Program-made: the position numbers and the translations under genes
In this document: positions 35,652 to 42,560 of the stretch, one piece after another
How positions within the stretch are numbered: the stretch's first letter is position 1
How the letters are laid out: each line of letters begins with the position of its first letter
IMG/VR virus record: IMGVR_UViG_3300028625_000001
Coordinates: 1 to 64,000 of that record
Origin: a virus
Direction: 5' to 3' (one strand)
Length of the DNA stretch: 64,000 bases
The notes under the pieces: model-generated
Databases searched by the model: none
Told to the model about the DNA's origin: nothing
What the model saw: only the letters and a program-made list of their open reading frames with translations

Positions 35652-35903
35652 ATGATTGGACAAGACAAGATCCTTCACTTCATGTTTTCATTTATCATCG
35701 CTTTAGTCCTCGGTCTTTCAACCAGTTCTCCTATTCTTGGGTTTATGGGATCTCTGGGGATTGGTGGTGCGAAAGAGATTTATGATATGATCTCGCCCAC
35801 GGGCTTTGCTGAATTTGGCGACTTAATCGCCAATTCGATAGGGGCAGGAATTGCCACTATCTTATGCTATATAGCTCTAAAAGTCAATTCAGAAGCCAAA
35901 TAA
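35652..35903 (+). CDS. small membrane protein (83 aa, 2-3 TM segments)
   Basis: RBS AAAGGGGG. FMFSFIIALVLGL, ILGFMGSLGIGG, SIGAGIATILCYIAL. Confidence 0.55.
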   Translation: MIGQDKILHFMFSFIIALVLGLSTSSPILGFMGSLGIGGAKEIYDMISPTGFAEFGDLIANSIGAGIATILCYIALKVNSEAK

Positions 35904-35923
35904 AAAAATTCTTTTCATATCAC

Positions 35924-35952
35924 TTGACAAATAAAAAGTCATGTGTTATATT
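35924..35952 (+). promoter_or_regulatory. sigma70-type promoter (extended -10) driving the tmRNA/tRNA cluster
   Basis: TTGACA, 17 nt, TGtTATATT. 44 nt upstream of the tmRNA 5' end. Confidence 0.6.
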
Positions 35953-35995
35953 TAAGTTGTTGAAGGAAGACGGCTCATTGAAAAGTAAAAAAGTT

Positions 35996-36295
35996 GGGGA
36001 TGACAAGGTTTCGACAGGGCTGTACAAGTATTGACCTCATGCCGTCGAGAGACGTAAAACCTAAACTAAGAACTGACAACCCATTACTTGAAAGAGCGGC
36101 TGCTTAGTCGCTCCCCGTCCGAAAATTTCCTACTCTTATATCGGGTTACGGGTCATAAAGAGTAGGGCTACGAGCCCCAAGTTTGTGTAGAAGTTCTTGT
36201 TAAAAACTTCTATTCGCCTCCAAGCATAGGAAAGCATGTAAAGGGTCGGCATGGAACAGTTTTGGACCCGGGTTCGACTCCCGGCATCTCCACCA
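35996..36295 (+). ncRNA. ssrA: tmRNA (one-piece SsrA)
   Basis: 5' GGGGATGACAAGGTTTCGACAGGG and 3' GGACCCGGGTTCGACTCCCGGCATCTCCACCA form the tRNA-Ala-like domain. An internal frame ends ...D-N-P-L-L-E-R-A-A-A-TAG (stop 36105-36107). Confidence 0.85.
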
Positions 36296-36357
36296 GCTCT
36301 TTTGCCAGTGCACACCAGTAGAACGGAAAGACCTTTTTCATCAAACCTCCTTTCAAG

Positions 36358-36399
36358 CGGGGTCATGGTTTAGGCGGGGTTCGATTCCCCGCGGCCCCG
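36358..36399 (+). other. tRNA-like acceptor/T-arm minihelix (no D or anticodon arm)
   Basis: GGGGTCA pairs with CGGCCCC (6/7 including a G-U). CGGGG-TTCGATT-CCCCG is a perfect T-arm. Only 9 nt separate the 5' acceptor strand from the T-arm. Confidence 0.45.
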
Positions 36400-36443
36400 T
36401 CAGAGTTGGACAAACTCATTACTGGCATTTCGTTTGAAAGAAC

Positions 36444-36517
36444 TGAGAGATAGTGTAATGGAAACACACTTGATTTTGGCTCAAGTGATATAGGTTCGAA
36501 TCCTATTCTCTCAGCCA
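36444..36517 (+). tRNA. tRNA-Gln (UUG), CCA encoded
   Basis: Acceptor TGAGAGA/TCTCTCA. D-arm GTGT-AATGGAA-ACAC. Anticodon arm CTTGA-TTTTGGC-TCAAG. T-arm ATAGG-TTCGAAT-CCTAT. Ends G-CCA. Confidence 0.85.
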
Positions 36518-36568
36518 GTCTCATAAGAGACGACGGTGCTTGCAACTGAAACTCACCCCTAAAATAAA

Positions 36569-36647
36569 GCCGATGTCTTCTAAAAGGAAAGATAAGCTCC
36601 TGCCGTGAGAGGGGCAGAGAATGTGAGTTCGAATCTCACCATCGGCT
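36569..36647 (+). tRNA. tRNA-like gene with oversized anticodon region (identity unresolved; GCC at nominal 34-36)
   Basis: Perfect acceptor GCCGATG/CATCGGC. U8, A14, G18G19 and A21 present. T-arm GTGAG-TTCGAAT-CTCAC. The region between D- and T-arm is 6 nt too long, and the best hairpins have 8-nt loops. No CCA. Confidence 0.5.
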
Positions 36648-36787
36648 TTAGTTTTGTCGGCCACAAAACGTACAAACGTTTGTCTTGCAGAGCTACTTTT
36701 GTCGGGTCTTTTTACCCGGCAATTGTCGCTCGTCGGGGGGTGCCGGTCTTGGTGCCGACCCCCCGATATTTTTATGGAGGAAGTGAG

Positions 36788-37480
36788 ATGCAAAAATTGA
36801 TAGTTGCGTTCGAAGGAATCGATGGTGCGGGAAAAACAACACAGATCCGAATGGCAGAGAGTTATCTTCAAGATAAGGGAGTTCTCTGTAAAAGGTTCCG
36901 AGAGCCTGGCGGCACAAAACTTGGCGAAACCTTAAGGGATATTATACTTAATAATCCTGATATAAACATCTATTCTGAGACAGCCCTATTTGCCATAGCC
37001 CGCCGGGAATTGATAGAAAATGAAGTTTGCAAAGCTGTGCAAAATGGCGAAATTATTTTACTCGATCGATCTTTCTATTCTTCTTTAGCTTACCAAGGAG
37101 TGCGTTTTGGCTATGATGGTACGTATATAGTGCGAGAAATCAATTACAGCATCCTTGGTGGATTAAAAGAATATCTTCCTACTCATATATTCTTCTTTGA
37201 CCTTTCGCCAGACATAGCCTTGGCAAGGATTGATAAAAGGGGACAACAGGCGACTCGTTTTGAAACATCTTCTGATGGGGATTATCTCAGTAAAGTTGCC
37301 GAGAAATATAAACTGGTTTTGTCCAGTTCCTGGAGTCCTATTGCCTCTGAGACTTTCTTTTTCAATGCAAACCAACCCCCTTCGACTATTTTTTTGAAAG
37401 TGAAGACCGTATTAGATTACCTTATTTTTCTACGAGAAACCGAGTTAGACCGAATACTAAAAAAGGAGGAGTCGGTGTGA
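36788..37480 (+). CDS. tmk: thymidylate (dTMP) kinase
   Basis: FEGIDGAGKTTQ P-loop and REPGGT motif. ORF 36605..37480 trimmed to ATG 36788 after GGAGGAAG. Confidence 0.85.
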   Translation: MQKLIVAFEGIDGAGKTTQIRMAESYLQDKGVLCKRFREPGGTKLGETLRDIILNNPDINIYSETALFAIARRELIENEVCKAVQNGEIILLDRSFYSSLAYQGVRFGYDGTYIVREINYSILGGLKEYLPTHIFFFDLSPDIALARIDKRGQQATRFETSSDGDYLSKVAEKYKLVLSSSWSPIASETFFFNANQPPSTIFLKVKTVLDYLIFLRETELDRILKKEESV

Positions 37481-37872
37481 CAAGAAAGAAGTTAATTCTA
37501 GTCCTTTCAGCTGTCGTAGTAGCCTTCATTATCACGGGCTGTGTGCAGATTACAGGACTTCCGAACCTAAGCGGTGCCTGGACTCTTACGATGAATCCAT
37601 ATGCTCAAGACATAGAGTTCGACATGACAGTTATCCAGGAAGAAGGTTCTTTATCCTTTGAGGCTGAGGCTGATAACCCTGCAATAATCGTGTCTGGCGG
37701 GGCAGTAACCTACAGCCCGATAAACAGAGTAGGGATGACGGTAACAGTTAATGGACATCTATACTCTCTGTTTGGGGAAGTGAAAACAGACCTACTGACT
37801 GGCTTTTTGCGAGACGGAGTTTATGGTGACGTAGTAGGCCATTGGTCTGCTACCAAAGGAGTGATGGAATGA
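37477..37872 (+). CDS. lipoprotein (131 aa)
   Basis: Signal peptide LILVLSAVVVAFIITGC with lipobox I-T-G-C. GTG after AAGGAGGAG. Confidence 0.6.
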   Translation: MTRKKLILVLSAVVVAFIITGCVQITGLPNLSGAWTLTMNPYAQDIEFDMTVIQEEGSLSFEAEADNPAIIVSGGAVTYSPINRVGMTVTVNGHLYSLFGEVKTDLLTGFLRDGVYGDVVGHWSATKGVME

Positions 37873-38492
37873 GAAAACTTGTATGTATTCTTACTCTTAT
37901 CCTGGTGGTGACATTAATCTTCGGCATAAAAATAGCTCCCTTTGTAGATGCTGACAGTTTTGGGAAGCTTGACGTGGGGGCGGAGCTCTTCCTTACCGAA
38001 GATATAGTAGACCTGTCTGTGAAAGGAGTATATGATGTTCCAGCAAAAGACCTATATCTTGACGGATTGCTCACCCTTAAAAACGACATAGGTTTTCTCA
38101 AAGTCAAAGGGAGTTATGAAACGACCGGTGCTTCACCTACGATAGGATTTTTGGCAACAACCTCACCACTAAAGCTTGATGTTTTTAGTATCTATGGAAT
38201 AGCTGGAACTGGAGATTTTAGAAACAACGATTTTGGCAACAAGGTGCTTGGGGACCTCTTGGCAGACAATAAAGCGCTCTCTGTGTTGGGGGGCGCGAAA
38301 CTAGGACTCGGTTATACGTGGTTTGATCTATCTGCTAAGTTGGAGGCTGGGTACTTTATAAAAGCTGAAGAATACCAGGTGGCTGCTATTGTTGATGGCA
38401 AGTTATTTACTCTGATTGATGTAAAAGCTAAACTTGTACTACTTCCTGAATTTTCATGGTCTGTCTTTGCGCAAACGACTTTTGAGTTCTAA
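37869..38492 (+). CDS. secreted beta-rich protein, possible outer-membrane beta-barrel (207 aa)
   Basis: Trimmed to ATG 37869 (overlaps the upstream stop). Signal peptide MRKLVCILTLILVVTLIFG. Alternating-hydrophobic strands. C-terminal ...TTFEF (terminal Phe). Confidence 0.5.
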   Translation: MRKLVCILTLILVVTLIFGIKIAPFVDADSFGKLDVGAELFLTEDIVDLSVKGVYDVPAKDLYLDGLLTLKNDIGFLKVKGSYETTGASPTIGFLATTSPLKLDVFSIYGIAGTGDFRNNDFGNKVLGDLLADNKALSVLGGAKLGLGYTWFDLSAKLEAGYFIKAEEYQVAAIVDGKLFTLIDVKAKLVLLPEFSWSVFAQTTFEF

Positions 38493-38507
38493 TTATTGAT
38501 TGAAAGT

Positions 38508-38629
38508 TGCCCCGTGGCGGAATGGTAACGCCTAGCAAAACGGTAGGTCGATACGGTGGGGGTGTCCCCGCCGTCCAAACAGCTCGGAAGAGTCTGGATT
38601 CGTTGTGGGTTCAAGTCCCACCGGGGCCG
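38508..38629 (+). tRNA. tRNA-like gene with about 50-nt extra structured insert (122 nt)
   Basis: Acceptor (T)GCCCCG/CGGGGC(C). D-arm GGCG-GAATGGTAA-CGCC. T-arm GTGGG-TTCAAGT-CCCAC. Internal 8-bp hairpin at 38554-38573 and a GGAA-tetraloop hairpin at 38582-38593. No canonical anticodon arm found. No CCA. Confidence 0.45.
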
Positions 38630-38638
38630 TTATATATG

Positions 38639-38714
38639 GGTAGTTTAGGTTAAATTGGCAAACCGCTTTGGCTCATAAGCCAGAGAAGCGCGGGTTCAAA
38701 TCCCGTAACTGCCC
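38639..38714 (+). tRNA. tRNA (CAU; Met/Ile2-like) with an irregular 8-nt anticodon loop
   Basis: Acceptor GGTAGTT/AACTGCC. D-arm GGTT-AAATTGGCA-AACC. T-arm GCGGG-TTCAAAT-CCCGT. Anticodon arm CTTTGG-CTCATAAG-CCAGAG is 20 nt rather than 17. No CCA. Confidence 0.55.
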
Positions 38715-38720
38715 ACAGAC

Positions 38721-38894
38721 TTGACGGTGGCGGAACTGGTAGACGCTATCGTGGCCTTTTGGCAACGCACAACAAAAGTGCGACCTTGCAGTTATATGAC
38801 TGTATTTGGTGGGGCTCGATGAGAAAACATCGAAAACAAACTTGCTAGAAGATAGACCCCAATCTTCGTATAGGTTCGAATCCTGTCCGTCAAG
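38721..38894 (+). tRNA. class-II-like tRNA-like gene with about 90-100-nt insert (174 nt)
   Basis: Perfect acceptor TTGACGG/CCGTCAA. Leu-like D-arm GCG-GAACTGGTAGA-CGC. T-arm ATAGG-TTCGAAT-CCTGT. Variable-arm-like hairpin GAAGAT/ATCTTC (38848-38867). Several internal hairpins. No CCA. Confidence 0.45.
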
Positions 38895-38923
38895 TTAGTA
38901 ACTTTTCTCCTATCTAAGGAGGA

Positions 38924-40378
38924 TTGGTCTATTTTTACAAGGGGGAGGGAACTGAATTGATTGTAGAAGATTTAGTCGTTAAAGAATTATCCGTGGGCAA
39001 TTCATATTCAAAAGAAGGTGTCTTGGACAAAGACAGAGTTTTGACAGTTAGCAAGGTAAAAATCGGCGATAAGACTAGCAATGTTGAAACGATCGATGAG
39101 GAACGAAACGCTTATCTAAAGACCGTACACATTGGGACGCCGGAGTCTAGTATTGAGATCATTGACGAGGACGGCAACGTCCTTCAGAGGCTCCCGGTTG
39201 GCGCTCCGGCGATAGCCACCGCCGCTTCAACCGACTTAACAATCTCTGGTGGAGTATCTAACGGAGAACTAATCGTTATTGGCGACTCTATTATTGAAGT
39301 CAATGACACGACCGCCAGTGATGAAGGTTATGAGCTCCTTAATACTGCCGAAGGAACGAAGACACAGGCCAGCGGTGAAATTACCGTGAGTGCTGCCCCA
39401 GCACACCTCGATTATGTCCAGGTCGGGGAAGACATATACGTTATGGACCTTATTGGAGACGGAGTGAGCGCGGGGGCTATCCAGGTCGATCTTTCAGCTT
39501 TTTATGAAGCTTCAACTGCTACCCTCGCTTTTTCAGACGTAGTATCCGATGGGGAAGTTGTAGAAATCAACGGAGTTAGTTTTGAGTTTGATACCGACGG
39601 CGAGATCACCGAAGGAAATGTAAGAGTTTGGATTGGCGCAAACACCACTGCGGGCGCTGCAATTATTGCTCTCGCTTCAGTTATCAGAGGCAACACGGCT
39701 TGTGGCGTCAATGCAGTCGATGGTGACGGAGACACTTTGGTTGTTACAGCTAGAACATTAGGTACTGTCGGCGACGCCATTACTGTTTCTACCACCTGCG
39801 CGAACGCCTCCTGGGGCGTTGATGTAACCCATCTTGCAGATGGAGCCAGTGCAACTCCCGCAGAGACCATAGCGGCTATTGTGGCAGCTTCTGCCGGTGG
39901 AACGGAAGCCGTTACCATAACTGCCGGTGAAGGCGACGATGCAGGCAAATTACTTATTGCCGCAACTGCCGCTGGTGTTCTTGATGGATCTGCCGGTAAC
40001 TCATGTGTGCTTGCGGTTTCCGGGGCTGGATTTACAGCAAGCGCTTCTACTCTTGAGGGAGGCACCGACATGACGGCAGCCGAGGCTATAGCGGCCCTTG
40101 ACGGAGTAGAGCTCCCTGAAGCAACTCTTGAGGCTGGTGAAGGACTTGTGGCAGTTACAGCCAACGAAGCTGGAGTCGCGGGAAACGCGATTGAAGTCTC
40201 TACGACTATGGAAAATGCCGCCTTTGATGGTGAATACCTTGAGGGCGGCATTGACGGCGGGGAATATACGGAAGCCGATGCGAGAATTGCCAGATATGCC
40301 GACGGTTATCTATATATAGGCGAATGGGTAAACGGGGCAATGAAATGGTATGCCTGGCAGGGGACTGCCTTGAACTAA
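38924..40378 (+). CDS. Ala/Gly/Thr-rich protein (484 aa), possible virion fibre/decoration protein
   Basis: TTG start after AAGGAGGA. Long low-complexity A/G/T/V-rich core. The Ala-rich minus-strand ORF 39502-40251 is its shadow. Confidence 0.55.
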   Translation: MVYFYKGEGTELIVEDLVVKELSVGNSYSKEGVLDKDRVLTVSKVKIGDKTSNVETIDEERNAYLKTVHIGTPESSIEIIDEDGNVLQRLPVGAPAIATAASTDLTISGGVSNGELIVIGDSIIEVNDTTASDEGYELLNTAEGTKTQASGEITVSAAPAHLDYVQVGEDIYVMDLIGDGVSAGAIQVDLSAFYEASTATLAFSDVVSDGEVVEINGVSFEFDTDGEITEGNVRVWIGANTTAGAAIIALASVIRGNTACGVNAVDGDGDTLVVTARTLGTVGDAITVSTTCANASWGVDVTHLADGASATPAETIAAIVAASAGGTEAVTITAGEGDDAGKLLIAATAAGVLDGSAGNSCVLAVSGAGFTASASTLEGGTDMTAAEAIAALDGVELPEATLEAGEGLVAVTANEAGVAGNAIEVSTTMENAAFDGEYLEGGIDGGEYTEADARIARYADGYLYIGEWVNGAMKWYAWQGTALN

Positions 40379-40390
40379 AGAGCAACGAGT

Positions 40391-40460
40391 AAGCGGGAAA
40401 GCTCATTGGAGAGCGCCCTAACAGATGGGGAGGTTGTGGGTCCGAATCCCGCCTCGCTTA
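40391..40460 (+). tRNA. tRNA-like gene with a short (15-nt) anticodon arm, loop AACAGAT (CAG with A33)
   Basis: Acceptor AAGCGGG/CCTCGCTT, extendable to 9 bp. D-arm GCTC-ATTGGA-GAGC. T-arm GTGGG-TCCGAAT-CCCGC (TCC rather than TTC). No CCA. Confidence 0.4.
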
Positions 40461-40483
40461 CTAGATTAGTTAGGGGGGAGAAC

Positions 40484-40609
40484 ATGATAAAGCGATTGAC
40501 TAATTGGTTCAAACGTCAGTGGAAGAAAGATATTGCGATAAACAGACAGCATACAGAAAGCATATATAACGCGTCGGACATTTTCGGAATCCCAGGAATA
40601 AGAGGTTAG
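40484..40609 (+). CDS. small basic protein (41 aa)
   Basis: ORF 40406..40609 trimmed to ATG 40484 after AGGGGGGAG. The upstream part overlaps the tRNA-like gene. Confidence 0.35.
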   Translation: MIKRLTNWFKRQWKKDIAINRQHTESIYNASDIFGIPGIRG

Positions 40610-40613
40610 GAGT

Positions 40614-40657
40614 AGGAGCGTAACTCAGTTGGTTAGAGTGCTGATCTGATACGTCAG
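40614..40657 (+). pseudogene. 5' two-thirds of tRNA-Ile (GAU), truncated at the omega-RNA scaffold
   Basis: AGGAGCG-TA-ACTC-AGTTGGTTA-GAGT-G-CTGAT-CTGATAC-GTCAG is a canonical acceptor 5' strand, D-arm and anticodon arm. No variable loop, T-arm or 3' acceptor strand follows. Confidence 0.7.
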
Positions 40658-40897
40658 TCAACGACCCACGGCTAAAGCCGGGAGCTTGTAGCTCTTGTTG
40701 ACCAGCTTGAGTGTTTTGAGCACTACGTTACGGGTGAATACATAGGCACTCCGGGGTGACGCCACCAGCCCCGGACACTGCGGTGAATGATTAAACAGGT
40801 TGAGGGTCTAAACCAGTGTTGTTCACATTAAACCACTTGATAACATTGGCGAGGTGGACTTTACCGGCGTATGCCGAGAATTGAGAGGTAACTATCT
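40640..40897 (+). ncRNA. IscB omega-RNA (putative 16-nt guide 40640-40655 plus about 240-nt scaffold)
   Basis: Structured leader directly upstream of iscB. Homologous to 6862-7137. Contains conserved hairpins such as CCACGGCT-AA-AGCCGGG and AGTG-N7-CACT. Confidence 0.7.
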
Positions 40898-42207
40898 ATG
40901 CAACGTGTATTTGTAGTTGACAAAAACAGAGAGCCACTGATGCCGTGTCATCCAGCGCGGGCAAGGGAATTACTAAAAAATAGACGGGCAAAAGTGTTAC
41001 GCCGCTACCCGTTCACCATCATCCTGCTGGACCGTGAGGGTGGTGATGTACAACCAGTTGCATTGAAGATTGACCCGGGTAGCAAAACTACAGGGTTGGC
41101 GCTGGTCGCTGATGGCCAGCGTGGGAAACGCGTGGTATGGGCAGGCGAACTTAACCACCGTGGAGAACAGATAAAAGCAAGTATGCTGTCAAGAAAACAG
41201 TTGCGGCGTGCACGCAGATCACGTAAGACTCGCTACCGTCAGCCGCGTTTCGACAATCGCCGCCGGGCCGAGGGGTGGATACCGCCGTCGCTGCGAAGTC
41301 GCGTGGACAACGTGTTGACATGGACAGAACGATTGCGTAGGTTCACACCTATCTGCGCCGTGAGTATGGAGTTGGTGAAATTTGACACACAGGCTATGCA
41401 AAACCCGGAAATCAGTGGTATTGAGTATAAACAAGGCGAATTGATGGGATATGAAGTGCGTGAGTATTTGCTTGAAAAGTTTGGTCGAAGGTGTGCTTAT
41501 TGCGGAGCGACTGGCGCGCCACTAGAAATCGAACATATTATTCCAAAGTCTCGTGGTGGGTCAAATAGGGTAAGCAACCTAACACTGTCTTGTACCGTAT
41601 GTAATCAGCATAAAGGCAATCAGACGGCAACAGAGTTCGGACATCCAACAATTCAGGACAAAGCGAAGCAACCATTGAAAGATGCGGCGGTTATGAATAC
41701 AACACGTTGGACACTTTATCGCAGCTTAAAACAATTAGGCTTACCAATGGAAGTCGGTACTGGTGCACGGACTAAATACAATCGAGTACGACAGAATTAT
41801 CAGAAAGAACACTGGATTGACGCAGCCTGCGTGGGTGTAAGCGGAGAAAAAGTGTATATATCTTCTGGCACAATACCACTGGTTATTAAGGCTACCGGTC
41901 GCCAGTCACGTATCATGTGTCGCCCGGATAAGTACGGTTTCCCGCGCACGAAAGCTAAACAAGGCCGTGTTCACTACGGTTTCCAGACGGGCGACATCGT
42001 GCTGGCAACAATTCCTGAAGGTAAACATACCGGGGTACATATTGGACGTGTGGCAGTTCGTAACAGACCATCGTTTCGACTGAACGATTTTGATGTACAT
42101 CCAAAATACTTAAAAGTTTTGCATCATTCAGACGGCTACAGTTATCAGTGAAAGGAGGGAGCGCCATTCCTCACCGCGCTAAAGCACGGTGTCCCCTGGC
42201 GCAATTT
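40656..42207 (+). mobile_element. IS200/IS605-superfamily OMEGA element (omega-RNA + iscB + right end), no tnpA
   Basis: The boundaries are where similarity to the 6862-7197 copy starts and stops. The right-end hairpin CACCGCGC-TAAA-GCACGGTG covaries with CCCCACAGC-TAAA-GCAGGGG in the mini copy. Confidence 0.6.
40898..42151 (+). CDS. iscB: IscB RNA-guided nuclease (PLMP, split RuvC, bridge helix, HNH, TID)
   Basis: REPLMPCHPARAR (PLMP). KIDPGSKTTGLAL (RuvC-I). RRARRSRKTRYRQPRFDNRRR (bridge helix). MELVKFD (RuvC-II). CAYCG...EIEHIIPKSRGGSNRVSNLTLSCTVCNQHKGN (HNH). EHWIDAACVG (RuvC-III). 417 aa. Confidence 0.85.
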   Translation: MQRVFVVDKNREPLMPCHPARARELLKNRRAKVLRRYPFTIILLDREGGDVQPVALKIDPGSKTTGLALVADGQRGKRVVWAGELNHRGEQIKASMLSRKQLRRARRSRKTRYRQPRFDNRRRAEGWIPPSLRSRVDNVLTWTERLRRFTPICAVSMELVKFDTQAMQNPEISGIEYKQGELMGYEVREYLLEKFGRRCAYCGATGAPLEIEHIIPKSRGGSNRVSNLTLSCTVCNQHKGNQTATEFGHPTIQDKAKQPLKDAAVMNTTRWTLYRSLKQLGLPMEVGTGARTKYNRVRQNYQKEHWIDAACVGVSGEKVYISSGTIPLVIKATGRQSRIMCRPDKYGFPRTKAKQGRVHYGFQTGDIVLATIPEGKHTGVHIGRVAVRNRPSFRLNDFDVHPKYLKVLHHSDGYSYQ

Positions 42208-42209
42208 CT

Positions 42210-42476
42210 ATGGGAATAAAAGCAAAGACGTTGTGGGTGCACGTTAGGTCTTCAGGTTCATATCAGGCATTGTACATTAACGGAATTAAAGAAATCGAAG
42301 GCGAACAAATAGACATTGTTGAAGCTTTTGACCTCTTGGCCGAAAGAACGAATAACGAAGCCTATATCCTCGATTATACATACGAAGACATAGACGAGGA
42401 AGAAGATCCTTTTGATAATGCAGTAGATCGTGACTTCGATTTCCCGGAATCGCTTGACAAAAAGGACGTTATATAG
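42210..42476 (+). CDS. hypothetical protein (88 aa), paralog of 6575-6814
   Basis: ORF 42189..42476 trimmed to ATG 42210 by alignment with paralog A. The ATG abuts the element right end. Confidence 0.5.
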   Translation: MGIKAKTLWVHVRSSGSYQALYINGIKEIEGEQIDIVEAFDLLAERTNNEAYILDYTYEDIDEEEDPFDNAVDRDFDFPESLDKKDVI

Positions 42477-42560
42477 CAGATAGGGTAGTTTATTCTGCAA
42501 GATGGTCAAAATAAAGAACAAAACTAGAGTTTTGCAGAATAATGCAGAAAAGAAAAACGC

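Noticed and set aside
36136-36917. Minus-strand ORFs 36136..36366, 36363..36545, 36521..36871 and 36693..36917, and the 5' part of ORF 36605..37480
   Set aside because: They overlap the tmRNA and tRNA genes. tmk clearly starts at ATG 36788 with its own RBS.
39502-40251. Ala/Ser/Pro-rich ORF 39502..40251(-, 249 aa)
   Set aside because: It is a reverse-complement shadow of the GCN-rich plus-strand gene 38924..40378, which has an RBS and fits the operon orientation.
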